Of a stretch of 64,000 nucleotides of DNA, positions 50,951 to 64,000 are shown piece by piece. Positions within the stretch are counted from its first letter, which is position 1; every line of letters starts with the position of its first letter. Under the pieces are notes generated by a model. It was not told where the DNA came from. It saw nothing but the letters and a program-made list of their open reading frames with translations, and made no database searches. This DNA comes from Raillietiella orientalis (lineage: Eukaryota). The stretch lies in NCBI GenBank assembly GCA_036172245.1, contig JAYWIR010000020.1:1364001-1428000 (forward strand), in the 5' to 3' direction. A program made the translations under genes and the position numbers.

Positions 50951-52974
50951 CTGTCCTCTCCCTCTCATCTTTTTTTATTTGTTTATTGTGTCCTCCCTCC
51001 GTTCCCTACTTCTTGGAAGCCGACCTGCGTACTCGTGGTGATCCCAGATGAACTTTTTTTTTTTTTTTGAGGGGACACCCTTCTTCCCCTCTGACTTGTT
51101 GTTTTGTTTTGCTGTTTTCAAAATAAACGTTCTGGAGTGACCAGGTTTGAACCCATTCGGCTGTTCTTCCCCCTTTGCGTCGGATGCTTCCGGACGACCC
51201 GGAAGCATCCGACGCCTCGGGACGTCCCCATGAGCTCTCCCGGAGACTTTCGTGAGAGATTCGGCGGGGTACTCTTCGTCTGCAGCTAAAGAGGAAGCAG
51301 ATGCAGAAGGATCGGATCTTCGAAATCCTCCGATCTTCCGGAGCTCTCTCCTTCGGCTTTTCGCCTTTGCCACGCTTGTCCCGTGGGCACGACTCTGTTC
51401 TTGGTGCATCAGGAATCCTCCTTGGATTGGGAGCTCTGAAGCAGCGGTCAGATGGGTGGAGGGGAAGGAATGAATGCAAAAGAACGGGAGCACCTGCGCA
51501 GAATCCCCTTCTTCTCGCGCACGCAAATGTGGAGTGTTCCGCAGGCGCCGTTGCCATCGATCCCAGCGTAACCGATGGATCGCCGCCGTCCTTGGATTTC
51601 CTTGTCTATCGAAGAGCAGAGCAGAGTTTCGGAAAGAGCGTTGACCCGGTCCGGGGCGGGGGTGAGAGCGCTGCGCGGAACCCCCAAGGGCGGTGTGTGA
51701 GCCGATTTTCCGGGAATGAATCGGGAAAACGGGAAGAAAAGGAAAGGGAGGAAGGGAAGTAGTCGGATGTGGAAAGACGGATTGAAAGTCGGCAGTCGTC
51801 GGGTCCCACTGTTTCCCTTCTCCGCATCTCAAGGAGCTGGGCTTTTCTTCGGAGAGGCTGGCACGCTCCAGGAAGAAGGGAAGTGGAACGCTCCTCGGGG
51901 ATGCGGGAGCGCGGAAAGGAGAGAATCCGCCCCCTCCCTTTCCTGACCATCGCCCATCCGCTCGCCAGGTGCGATTATCGGCAGCTCTCTTGGGAGGCTG
52001 CTGCCGCTCGTCGCGGGTTCCACAACGCGTCAAGAGGGCAACTTCCGGAGGGAAGCTGCGTGCTCTCGGTCCCCCCCTATGGTTCGGAAGCAGGACGGAA
52101 TTTTTGCCCTGAGCTCAGGGACGTCTCCCTACCAGATACCCGTTCCTTTGACCATCAGAATCCGTCGTTCTGGATCCCTCGGGGCGTCGAGGGGTGAGAC
52201 CGCTGCTTCCGCAGGGTCGTGCGCGGCCGAAGGCTTCCCCTCCCTGGACCAGACACATCGAGAGGCGCGTCGGCCTGCGGCAACCGAGATTGGTCTGCTT
52301 TCTCCGCTTTCCCCAGCATCCTCAAAGTGGAGCGCAGAACGCGCCCCCGGAAGACCTTCGCCTCGGGGCTCGGCCGGATGGCGTTCCCGGATCTGGCTTG
52401 ACGGAAGCTGCAGGTTCGCACCCAAGTCCATCCCTCCCCGCGATGGCGCCGCATGTCTAGCGGCGACATCGCCGCGGCTCTGAGAGGAATCCTTCCGAGC
52501 AGCTCCCTCTGGAGGCAATTTCTCGGGGCTCGGCGAGGATTAGGAAGAGAGGAGTGCTTCCCAGGGTACCCGCTGGCTTTCCCAGCGGGTACCCTGGGAA
52601 GGCGTCTGAGGTCCGGGATGCCGAGACGACTTCGCACCCGTACCGCTCCCTCTTCCCCTCGAACGAGGCTGAGTGAGTGCCTTCAATGGACGAAACATCG
52701 GTTGCCGGAGCCGCTAGCGGTACGCCCGGGGAGGAGAAAGTGAAGGAGGAACACCCGCCCCCGCACCCTGACTGCCATGCAGACCGTCGTCAAGGAAGAA
52801 GAAAGTGGATCCAGAACCTACGACCCCGGAGGAGGAAAAGAAGCAGCACTTCTTTTCCTCCTCCGGGATCGGGAGGAGCAAGGACAGGGGAAGGAAGTCG
52901 GAAGAATAGAGAGGTGGAGGAAAAGTAGCAGCGAACGAGTTGTCAACGAGCACAATACTGTAACTGCCATGAGC

Positions 52975-53220
52975 ACCATTATTCCCGTTCCCATTCCCAT
53001 TCACGTTCTCTCTCTTATTTTCGTTCCCTTTACCGTTCTCATTCCCGTTTGCATTTTGTCCTCTTTCTTATTTTCATTCTCATTCTCATTTTCATTTCCA
53101 TTCACATTCTCGTTCTCACTCTTATTTTCATCCCCATTCCCATTTCTTTTCTCGTTCTTATTTTCATTCCCGTTCTCACTTTCATTTCCATTCCCGTTCT
53201 CATTCTCATGCTCATTATTA
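52975..53220 (+). repeat. Degenerate hexamer microsatellite (ATTCCC/ATTCTC/GTTCTC/ATTTTC)n
   Basis: Directly visible 6-nt periodicity; it generates the spurious FSFSFP and ILILIF ORFs. Confidence 0.9.
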
Positions 53221-54599
53221 GCAATTGTTCTATCATGTTCGAGGCAACATCTTACAGCAGCGGCAGCAGAAGCATGTCATCATTATTAATGGAATCTCAT
53301 TAATGGAAGCATCATACCATTGGCAGTAGTAACATGGAACCATTAGTGGTAGTAATAGTGGTCGTGACAGAGACAGGGCTTCTCTTCAGGCAGGATACCG
53401 CAGAGGGGCGGCTCAGGCAGACTGAGGGAAGCGCGAGGTATAAAGCTGAGAACTTGCAAAATTGAGCGGAATTGGAAGCTGGAACTCTGGACCTGCGCTG
53501 AGGGGACCCAGGAAGAACTGCTTGAAGCCGCGTGAGCTGAGGGGCGTTGGCTCCCGCTGGAGAGACGCCTCCGCCAGAGGGACACGCCCGGGAAACCCTG
53601 GGCCGCTCCGCTAGGGGCATCCGCCCTCCCCTCCTGCATGATCTCCGGCGACTCCCTTCCGGGATCGCACGTTAGGCGAGATGGGCCTCCTCCCTTCTCG
53701 ATCTCTCGGTCCAGGTCGCTGTGAGAAAACGGAAGTGACGCATTATCTCCCTGAGGGCGGGAGACGGACCATGCATTTCATGAAAACTGGGGACATGGGT
53801 GACCATGGCAAGGTTGCATGGGTCAGCAGTCGTACTCACAGTAACCTCTCATAGTGACTGCAGTAATCGATATCGGTTGTGGTGACCTGCAGCAGCAAGT
53901 TTTCATGATAACTCTTACGGGGATGGTGGTAACATTTCCCGACGTGCATGTGAAGATAGTAGTAAACACAGACGAATAGCTATAACATTCTGTAATGATA
54001 TTGCTGAAGTACACGATCAATTCTTTCAATGAAAATCATATTTTAGAACAGCAATAGCATAATAGTCTATCTATGATAATAATAGTTTAAGAGTTGTCCA
54101 CATGACTCAGCAGTGGATTGCCGTTGGTACTGAGAATGGTAGTTTGAAAGAGTAGCGGTTCCTATGAGGATGGCTCATCACCATAATGATAAGAAATCTG
54201 TGGTAGTAGCTAGAATGTATAATAGTATTCGTAATAATAGTGCACACAAAGAGAAATGGCAATCAAGGATAATAATAATTACATTCCATGTTCACCATGG
54301 TCTCACCCCATAATAACAGTGGTAAATAGGACAGTGATAACCAACAGAACAAATAATTGTCTCATAATACTATAGATAATAAGGAGAAGTAGCGGGACTC
54401 CACGTAGGGAGTGGCTGCAATCCATGGTAACGGCAGTTAATCCGAAATGATCTGATCCGAAATGCCAGTAACACGGATGCTGAGTGGCAAAGCAAGAGTG
54501 AGCTTACCAGTGGTCCGGTGGCCTTGGAGCATCCAGAAATGTGTGGTTGTCGAAAGAATGAGAAGTTTCACGTCCGGAGGGTGGGACAGACTTCAGTAA

Positions 54600-55100
54600 A
54601 ATCTTTGGGTACCGTAGGTGGCGGTTGCCTCCCTTCGTCTCGCTGAACAACCGTCTGAAAGTGGAGCCTCTTCTCCCCAAGGGCTCTACCAACTCTCGAT
54701 CCCTCCTCTTTAGCACCCCCAAAGCCAGCGATTCAGACATCTAAACAGCCTTTGGGTACTTTGGTCACTTCCTCCCCCCTTCAAAGTGCCCGTAGGTAGA
54801 ATGCCTGGACGCCCCCATGATTGTCTGACAGTCTGTGGGAGGGCTGTATCTTTTTATGCCAAAGAACCTTGGATGCGGAAGACAGTGCTTCAGAGGCAGG
54901 TCTTCGCGGGAGGCGCTCTGGCCGAGATTGAGGAAACCCGGCCGTCTTCGTGGATTGCTGCTGAAGAACGCGGAGGATACCATTCCCTCCTTCTCTCTAT
55001 GAACTCCGCTGACGGTTTAAGGACTCCGTTGGAGAGAGTCTTGCTGCGCTCGTGGAGGTCTTCCGCTTCGGCAGCCTCTTGATTTCCGAAACCCGGCTGC
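54600..55100 (+). mobile_element. Decayed Ty3/gypsy-like RT fragment
   Basis: LYQLSI...TAFGYFGHF...VPVGRMPGRP resembles Y.QI.I...KTAF.T..GHF...MPFGL..AP. Confidence 0.45.
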
Positions 55101-58100
55101 CTTCAGCACCCGTCTGGCTTCCTTAGAGTCGATGACAGTTGGGATGGTTCTAAGACTCGTACTTTTTAGAAACCACCATCGGATCCATCAGAGGAGAGGT
55201 GGTCCGATGACGAATTATGGTCCCTCAGGCAATATTATGGTTCCTCTCCAGAGGTACACCCCCCGTTGCCCTCCCCCTGCTGCTTCCACGGAAGCAGTTA
55301 TTCCGTACTTTATAGTTCCACCGCCTTTCGCGGGTGTTTTGGGTGCATCTCCTCCTGAGACTCCGCGCAAGATTCGCGGACGAGCCCGTCGTGGCCTCAG
55401 GCTTCTGGGAAGTTCGCGTTATGTGCCTGACGATTCGCCGCCGTCAATCACGTCACAAGCAGCTGCTCTCCAGACCGAGAGCAAACAATTTAGAGTTCCG
55501 GCTCGGTGATTTCGCTGCGGGGTGGAAGAAAAGGCAGCCGGGTTCGCTCGCAGCGTTCTCCCTCTTGCCCGTCGAGCCAGCGACTGCCGCGCTTTTGCAC
55601 ACTGTCCCCTCCTTCCGCTGCCCCACGCACCCCGTCCAGTCCCATGACAATCCTCTTCCTCCAGACTGACTTTCCCTGCCTGTCCCCGGAAGAAATTGCC
55701 GGGTACTTCGCGACAGATCATCGATTTCTTTTCCGCCACTCGGGACAGCCTCCTGGCGGACTACGGAAAGGCGGACAGCCTCCTGGCGGAGCGGAAAAGG
55801 AGCGGGAAAACGCTCCCTTTCCTTCTGGAGAACTCGGCAGCTCTGCTTTCTCTTTCAAGGAAGCCTCACCTTCGGGTCGCTAACCTCTCTCTGTCGCTCC
55901 AGGAGCAAGCGTTGGCAAGAGAGGTGCCGACAAAGGTCCAAGGCAGTGCAAGTCGATCTGGAGCTGCGTTTCGGGATCGTTGTGGAATTTCGGTCTTCGC
56001 CACTGTGGAATGGAGGCGGCTCGGTTTCGGTGGTGGCGGCTCTTGTGAGGTCGGATTGTCGATTTTCGGAGAAGGGTGCCGCTCGTGGATTCCTCATCCC
56101 TGCCGCGATCCTCGCTCCCTGCTGCTTCACTGCCCCGCATCACCCCATTATCAGCGCGCGCTCTTGAGCCGAAACTCAGATCCTGCCACCCCACCCCTCC
56201 CAATTGCTTTGCCGCGTGCACAAACCGTTTGGAATGCAAGCAATGCTGTGCTCCGGACAGCTCCATCCGAAGCCTTTGGTAGCCAGAGACGCATCTCCCA
56301 CCAGTCTCCGCATTCGGAGTCCTGAATCGAGCTCAGCTTCACGATCCTATGAGTTTCGCAGCTGCCTTGACTGCTCTTCAGCACGGTGCTGGGCTTACCG
56401 AAGTCTCCTGGACCCCTTCCCAGAATAATTCTCGATAAATCCTTAGATGGAAACGAGATTGATGAGCGAAGGACAGCGAACGAAGGGGAAGCTGAGAAAG
56501 CGGACAAATTCCCTGTTTAGCGAACAAAGAGGAAGACATCCGAAACCAAAAAAATAAAAGAAAAGGAAAGAAAAAGAACTGAATAACAATCAGACAACTG
56601 TTCACGGTTATGCGAAAAGCCATCGTCGTTAGATTTCTGACTCCTGGCAATCACCGGTGCGGCATCTTCCCCGCCTTGGTCCAGATGGCGGAGGACAAAC
56701 CCACAGAGGCAGCAAGGAGCGATAGATTCCCGGCGTACATCCAGAAAATTCAGTGCCCACTCAGCCAGGCGCTTCGTTGACGCATCCAGTCGGGGTTTCT
56801 CCCTACCCTGGAGCCTCACTCGGGCTTCCCAGCTTGCCGCGGTACTATCGGCAGCATCGGTCCAGGCATAACAGGTGGGGTGAGAGCGCCTCCATGGTTC
56901 TCTGAACTGAAAGCGGACGCGGTTCCACTCGCCTACAAGGTCTCCCGGTTTCGACGGCCACCCCTCACTCTAACTGCGGTCAGCTTGACTAAGATCCCCG
57001 TGCGTCTTTCAATTAGCGCGATCGGTGGAACGCCTCCCGGAAAGGCGAGAAGGTCAAACGAGCCAGCTGGAAACCCTTTGCATGTGGCGGAACCGACTAT
57101 TTAGGAAGGAAGAGTCCTGGAGCACGAATGTTTCGTTTCAAGGACCGCTGTTGGAAGAGGGCGCGCGCTTCCTGTGCTCCCGTTTCCTTGTCTGAAACGC
57201 GTCCATTCCTTTCAAACGCTGAACTCTTGCGCGATACGTTCCTCCCCACTCGCTACGGATAAGGAGAGGGAACGTCCGGAATTGCGTGACCGGGAAACGT
57301 GGAGTCATGCGGAACGGATGCTTCCGAAAGTTCAGTGCTGCGGAGGTTCCGCTGCTACCATCTTTGGAAATTTCCAACGGGAGGAGAAAAGAGAAATTCG
57401 GTCAAAGGTTTTTCGAGTCGGCCGGAAGAAGCAGATGATGGAGGAAGGCGGTAGGGCGGGCCAATGTCCAGAATTCTCCGGCCTGCTCCGATTGTCGCAG
57501 GAAGAGCTGCGGACAGCACCGGAAGGGTCAGGACAATACGCAGTCGATTTTTCGCACCGCGCAGAAGCCGTTGCATCATCCGAGGCGACGTCTGAAGGGA
57601 CGCTGCTGTCTGCGGCCTCGCCTGCGAGTTGCTCCGCTGCTCTCGGGAAGGCCGCAACGGCTCAATCCCGAAGCCGAGAGGACCACCAGCTCGCGTTGCT
57701 CCGGTTCACGTCGAGTCTCACCCTAGAGTTTCCTTTCAAGGTAAGGTACTCTTGGCCATCTTCCAGTTGCATCAGAAAGTGATGGCATCATCATAAGATT
57801 GGAAGAGTCAGTAATATTTGACCGGCTCTCTAGCATGCAGGAGCGCCGGCAGAAAGAAGGAAAGAATAGGAGACCCTATTTGAGGCAGATTATCTGATCG
57901 CCTCAGGCCTGTTGATCCGGAATGCTGACCTCTAGAGGATCGAGCACCCACAAACGACCAGCTAAGTAACAGTTTCTGAGGTGCATCGACATCATTGTGT
58001 TATTCTCGCGTCTTTTGCCAGAACGAGCTCGAAGGACGTCACGCCATCTGCTGTCACACGGTCAGCTCTGTAATGTCTGATCCGACCTCCAGGCCCTCAA

Positions 58101-58429
58101 TGGTCGTCCGCGAGCAAGTGCCCTTCATTAAGTCAACGATGCAAGTGGTGAGCTTGCTAGGGAATGCATTTCGACCATCCAGGCCACCTCCAATTTTCCT
58201 CCGGAGTGAGGACCATCCTGCGCATGGAAGTTGCTCCACCCTCGGGCTATTCGAAGAAAGTGTCCGGCCCTAACGGCAAGATTGCCATTCCATCCCGTCT
58301 GAATGAGGCCTGTTTGGTCGCGGAGACGGGGCCTGGTCCCTTCCTCGCCGCTTCCGTAAAGAGCGCTTCACGTTCCTCCTTCTCCCCGGTTCTCCAGATT
58401 AAAAGGCAACCCTGCGGAGAAACCCTGTA

Positions 58430-58830
58430 AATCCAGAAGACTCTGGAAGAAGTTTGTTTCTTTTACGCTTGGGAACATCTTACTGATCCTCTCCAGAGCT
58501 ACCCTTCAGAGGAGAGACACTCCTCATTTCTTCTCCGATATCCAGAAAGGATCCGCTCCTGAATTTCTTCTCGGGAGGGAACCTGCAAGGGAATCGCTCC
58601 TGATTTCCCCACTGAAGAGAACCCCGAAGGGACGCTTTCGAATTTCTCTGAAGAGAGCTTCCCAAAGGGAGCAGCACACTTCTTGACACTCTGGAGAGAT
58701 AACCCCCGAGGGAGGATACCAACCAGCTCCATGGTATGGCTTCATTTTCACAACCAGAGGGAAACCCCGAAGGCAACCGACCCCTTGATTCCTGGAAGGA
58801 CCCCGAAGGGTCAACTTTCAATCCCTGAGG
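58430..58830 (+). repeat. ~400-bp dispersed repeat, copy 2
   Basis: Same orientation as, and collinear with, 45905-46330, with substitutions and indels. Confidence 0.85.
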
Positions 58831-59249
58831 CCAGTCAGAGGGAACATTTGGTTTCTGTCTCTCCCAAGCGCCACAACCGAAAAAGAGTAAGGGCATCCTG
58901 TCTTCACTGTTTGGTCTCGCAAGCGAACGTGCGGAGAAACTCCGCTTCCAGCTCCAAGCTACCGATGTCTAAGGAAGCGCTTAGAGAGGAGGACGACAGC
59001 CACGAGAGAAATCCAATCATCTGGGAGCGTCGGCGTCGCCTACCTGGCCGGCGCCATGGATTCCGCCACCTCACTCTTCGAAACCAGCCTGGTCAGCAGA
59101 GGCTTTGCTGGAGCGCTTCTGTCCGTATAACTCTTGAAGCCACTGCCGCAAAGAAGCGTGAAAAAACATCTTCCTAAGAAAAGGTGGTAGTGATGGAAAC
59201 GCAATGCATCCTCCGCGTTCATGGGGTGCGTGGGTGGTAGAATTGGCAC

Positions 59250-61500
59250 GAAGGTCTCAGTAGAGTGGACTCTTCCACCAGTGGAGGAGTTTGCTCTTTT
59301 TTTCCTGTCCACGGTGGTTCGGACAGAAAGCTCTACTCGTGAATCTTCCAGGGTTCTGGAAACCATGCCCTCTATTAAGTGTACTAATCTCAAGATTTCT
59401 GTTTATCCAGGTTCTTCGTTTTCTATTGGGAGCTCCAAGTGCTTCCAGCTGGCCTTCGGATGGTCGCTTCCGCTTCCCTCGCTGTTCGTTCTCGGCTCTG
59501 CGTGATGCGTACGGCGCATCAAAAGGTTTGTTAGGCGCTTACCAGCCAATCCGCTTGCGGAGAAGACAATCTCCAGCACGAGAGGAAAGTCCTCTTGCTA
59601 GGACCACCGGTCATCTCTGCCTTCTGCCTCACTTCTGGCCAGCCCAGGGACCTGAAGAGCCTCGCTCTCGTGCCTTGAGAGAAGCTGAATCTGCTGGCAG
59701 TCCCTGCTTAAACTGCATTCCCACGGCTGTCCTGGGATCCTCGTAGAGTTCCTTCTTCCGCACACTGGAGTTCTTTTCTTTTTGCTCTTTCGGGAGGACC
59801 TAGATTTTCCCCAACAGACTTGGGTCCCGTCTAAATGGAACGGTTTGGTCCCCACACTGCCCGCACGACGAGGCCTTGGGCATCCGGAAGTCTCGGCTTT
59901 CGGTGCTTCCCTGAGCATCTCATAAGCGCCCCGAGGGACCAATCACAGAGGTTCCCAGACGTTAGAAAAAGGCGTTGTCCTCCCAGCACATGCAGCAGCT
60001 TTCGACACGGTGAGCCAAACCTCTCGTTCTTCAGCACTTTCTCACGCACGTCGGTCCCGCCCGGTTTCAGTCTGGGACACCTGGAAGCGTACGTGCTACG
60101 CGTGGGAGGAAGGAGGTACAAAAATGAAAGGCCCTAGCCTCTTCGCGAAGCCACAAAGGGAGTGGTGACGGCCCGCCGATGCGACGTGAGCAGCGGAGCG
60201 GCAGCCGACGCCCAGGCGATAGTCTCTTTTCCCCCTTTCCGGCTGTTCTGGCTCTCTCGGATCCAGGAATGCCCGCCCGTTACCGAAAATCGCCTGGGCT
60301 CTCGCCGGAGGCGCTCAGCGAGACGCAGTGTGCGCGCCGATCCCTTGGGCTGCCCTGCCGATCTTCGAGGAGCGAACGCATGTCGTCCGACCACTAGGAG
60401 GCGCCCGAGGAGGTCCTGACTCCTCTCGGGCGGAGGAGTACTCTGGGAACTTCCTCTCTACCCTGCGGCAGCGCCACGGTCCAGCTGAATGATGCGAGCC
60501 ACTTCACCCTCTTTCGAGCGGTTTGCCACCTCTCGCTTCCTGAGTCACCGCAGCACTGGTGGTGATCTCCGGTACAAACTTGCTCTGGTGGCAAAACTCT
60601 TCATCCGGATCGATAGTTCGGATTTAACAACGGTTTGCTTCCAGGTGCTCATTGCACCGCCGACTGCTGTCAGCTGCCCGCTTGTTCGTACAGGGACGTG
60701 GGATGATGATTTTCGATGGGTCCGTCTTCCTCCATCTGACATTTGTTCTGGCCTTCTCTGCGTCGCGGATTGCGTCTGAATGTGGGGCCGCCTCTGCTCC
60801 TCCGGAGCCATTTCAAGAGGCTTCTTCTCCTGAATGAATGAACTTCTCTCACTGTTCCTTCCTTCTCCCACTTTTTTTCCCCACTTCAAAATCCTTGGGG
60901 CAGAAAAGGAGACCTGAAGACATGATTCGATCTTCGGACCTTGAGACTCTGGGAGGGTGGTTCTAGTAGGTATGCGAGCGGTTTCCATGCCGTCTTTTGC
61001 CGGCTTCTGTCCTTGCTGCAGCCAAGAGAAGAACATATGCCAGGATGCCCCTGAAAACACATTCTTGCCTTCTCCAGTTGAACCACCAGGCTCAGCAGAT
61101 CGAGAACCTCCCGAGGAAAAATTCCAGGAGACTTTCCCTCAGGAAGGAAGAAGGAGACATCGGAAAAATCGATTTCTTCGTGGACAGCAAATGCAGGTTA
61201 CCATGTGATGTGAAGTCAGCCAATCAGATGTTATCGAGCCCGAGCTGCGCCTGAGTTTATCGATCCATTTCTTGCTTCTTCCCGGAATTTCACTGCGCGA
61301 CGCGGATCAAACTGTACAGGGAATGGAAAAATGCACTGATTCTGCGATGTACCAGAGACCAGCGAAGCAGCCGGAGATATATCCTTCAATCAGCACTCAG
61401 GCGAAACCTGCGCCGTGACTAGGGATTACCAGTCACGGAGCAGGTGACGTCATCCCGCTTCCGCTCCCCCGGAATTCTCGATCATAAAGGATCCTTTCCC
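59250..61500 (+). mobile_element. Decayed Ty3/gypsy pol (RT, RNase H, integrase order)
   Basis: WTLPPVEE...LPGFWK...FQLAFGW (RT). Later FAGFCPCCSQEK...LPSPVEPP...FFVDSKCRLP matches the integrase Zn-finger C..C, P.P..PW and first-Asp region. Integrase after RT is the gypsy domain order. Confidence 0.55.
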
Positions 61501-61999
61501 TAACTTCGGTTGCCAAGGAACCGCCCATGGGCATCGAAGAGGTGCGTTGTCTGCATGTCAACGAGAAATCCTATGGAAGAAGCAGCAAAGAGCAAGGTGC
61601 TCGGACGGACAAGCGGATGCAAAGGTCGGGGTTCCGCCCTACCTTCCTTGGGTTTTCCGCGTCGTAAAGCGAGGCTATGTAGAGGCAAGTTGAGCTGCGG
61701 AAGAAGCTGCTTCCTTCAGAAGAAACACAGGCAAACGAACGGCTCTCCCCTGAAAGACCTATGCCTCAGAACGATATGATGCTTTTCTTGTTCGTGGCTG
61801 CAGTCGGTCTAACAACAGGTAAATCCCTCCTCATCCCCCCTTCCCCTTTCTTCCGACTCTTCTACCGAGGAATCTCAGGAACTCAAAAAGTTCTTGTAAA
61901 AACAAACAGGGAGGAAACTGCCACAGAAGTCAGGTGCAGGGAAAATCCTCTAAGAAGTTTCTCACAAGTTCTGTTTCATAAAACACAAAGGGAGTATCT

Positions 62000-63161
62000 G
62001 AGGGTCTGAGGGTCGCGGAAACAACGCCATTTCTCATGGCACTTGTCGGACCCCGGGAAGAAGACAGTGCTGTTCTTCCTTGAAGACACCAAGGCGCTTT
62101 TGCTGCAGCGTCGCACCCGCACGTCACAAGAGCAGAATATGCCGAGGTCCAGGAAGATTCCCCATCCTTTCCCGCACGAGACGAACGCATGTGGAGATCT
62201 AGTTATCAAGGTCGACCTGTTTCGCACCTCACAGAAGGAATCGATCAAACGCCGGCGGAATTTATTAAGAACAAAGTGCTTTCGTGGATGGCACACAAGA
62301 AGCTAGGTCGGGATTCGGCTTGAATGCCGCAGCTGCTGGATCCCTTTGCAAGATTCACTTGCCAACGATCCTGCAAACTGTCGCAGAGAAGACGAGGAAA
62401 TCGGAAAGGCCAATAGAATCCCAGAGGAAGCGTGTCGTCTGGAGTGAGTCTGCATTAATAGCCAATCAGCAAGCCATTTTCGGTTCGCGGATGTAGCAGA
62501 ATATTTTCCACATCCTTGTTTGAACAGGGAAGAAAGGGAAGATATTCTTTCTGCAGGGATCGTTCTTTCCCATAGCATCATGGAAATGCGATGAGTGTTC
62601 GATCCGTTTCCTCACACCTTTCTTACCAACGAAAAGGGAAGACATCACGGATTTGCCCTCCGAAGGCGGCAGCATACCATCGCTAAGATGGTACTAAAGA
62701 TGAACGCATGCCGGGCACACAAGTGGATGGATCTGGAATCGAGATGGACATTCGATGGATTCACTTCTGTTTCCTCGTGCGGAACGGAGGATTTTTTCCG
62801 GAAACTCATTTCTCCTGTTGGGGGAAAAAAATACGCAAGACAGTCCACCCCAAGACTTGGCAAGAATGATTTTTCGCAGCACTTCAAAGGATGGTCTGTG
62901 AAAAAAAGCTGGAAGTGGAGATCCTTGTCATTGCTTCTTCCAGGTGGCTTGGTAGCCAAAAACTTCAGGAAAGCAGATCCATTTTGCCTACGCTACATCC
63001 TCAGGAATGACGAGCTCTTTTTCACAGATGTCCGAAACTCCTGTCCCATCATGTACTCTGGAGTTTTCTGCTCATTGCCTGAGTTGAGGAGGCAAGCCAC
63101 CACCACTTTGCTCCTTTGCCCATGCCTCGTGATGACAGGAATTTCAAAGCTTATCCCATAA
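62000..63161 (+). mobile_element. Decayed RT C-terminus/RNase H/linker fragment
   Basis: KVDLFRTSQKESIKRRRNLL (cf. KV..I.....K.LRSFLG); HTFLTNEKG...IAKMVLKM...ISPVGGKKYARQSTPRL (cf. TDHK.L...RW.L.L...I.H.PGK.N..AD.LSRL); YILRNDELF. Confidence 0.4.
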
Positions 63162-64000
63162 GGCAGTTGATTCTTGCCTTCTAGAGACTAAAAGGACTGA
63201 GAACCTCCGTTCGTGAGGCAGAGGGGAACGTGCTGTCTTATGGAAGGTGGAATTTTTCCTGTCCCAGGCGAAGTCAAGGTCTCGAATTGAACTTCTGAAA
63301 GGATCCTTGCGCATGACAGCTGGGGCTGCTTGGAGTTCTCCGCTGCCTTCGAAGGGGGCTGACCTCTCCATCTGTCTCCGTGGCTTTGCATCCGACAAGT
63401 CCATCTGCTTCTTCTCCTCTTCCCCTGGAACTGGGAAACTCCAGGGAACTCCGGAATCTCGGGGTCGACCCACTCGATTCCGCCAGCACAAATTCGTATA
63501 GTCGTGGCGTGGGAGCAAACCGTCTCCTGGATCGGCAGCGTCTGGATGACGAATCGATCCCAGGCAGGGGCACAGCTCCGTACACATCAGTGAGGGAACA
63601 CTTCCCCCACGGCGTGTCGTGGGCACCCTCATGCGTGGTTCAGGCTTCGCTCTTGCGCTTCGGATGGCGTGCGACAATATCAACATCCCGTATCCTACGC
63701 GTGGATGAAGCCCGTCTGTGGTGTCCGTGCGGCCCCGCGTCTCGGTTCGTAGGCCTGCGAAGCATCTCATGGGCGAGGCGCAGAATTCCTCGTGATCGTA
63801 GACTTCTTCTCTCGTGCCGTCGATGCTGGCGCACGGCCCGTTCGGAAGCTTCTCTCTTCCCGGGTTGGCGCGAGGAAAACGGCAGACGCCCTGATGGAAA
63901 CGGAGGCAGGCGATGTCGCCGCTTTGCGTCACCAGATGATCGCGGCGCGCTGCTGCTAAGCCATTAATGGAGATCGGCACGGCAGCTCATGATGACTGAC

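Noticed and set aside
52777..53303. Hydrophobic membrane-protein-like ORFs (FSFSFP/ILILIF)
   Set aside because: These are translations of a hexamer microsatellite.
55742..55790. Short tandem duplications (GGACAGCCTCCTGGCGGA x2; similar at 8088-8121, 11712-11745, 25461-25496) as CRISPR-like arrays
   Set aside because: Only two units each, with no spacer series and no cas genes, in a eukaryotic context. Ordinary slippage duplications.
38729..63980. Many long ORFs (e.g. 316, 325, 352 and 278 aa) in the GC-rich half
   Set aside because: They are R/P/S/G/A-rich, overlap in all frames and lack intact domains or splice structure. They are expected from stop-codon scarcity at high GC.

Overview
Eukaryotic, most likely animal, nuclear DNA. 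It uses the standard genetic code and many short (about 40-60 nt) GT-AG introns. No CRISPR, rRNA, operon or intact transposase was seen. The window has two compositional halves. The AT-rich left half (1 to ~31 kb) holds four spliced genes: FBXL13/DRC6-like (+), a DUF4485 (CEP112 N-terminal-like) gene nested antisense inside one FBXL13 intron, RSRC1/SRrp53-like (-), and RABGGTA (+) head-to-head with RSRC1. GC rises across ~31-38 kb, where a 7-exon orphan coiled-coil gene (307 aa) lies. From ~39 to 64 kb the DNA is GC- and CpG-rich and consists largely of heavily decayed Ty3/gypsy-like fragments on both strands, with a candidate tRNA-derived SINE, a ~430-bp dispersed repeat and microsatellites. 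All homologies were recognised by eye from remembered family motifs; no searches were run.
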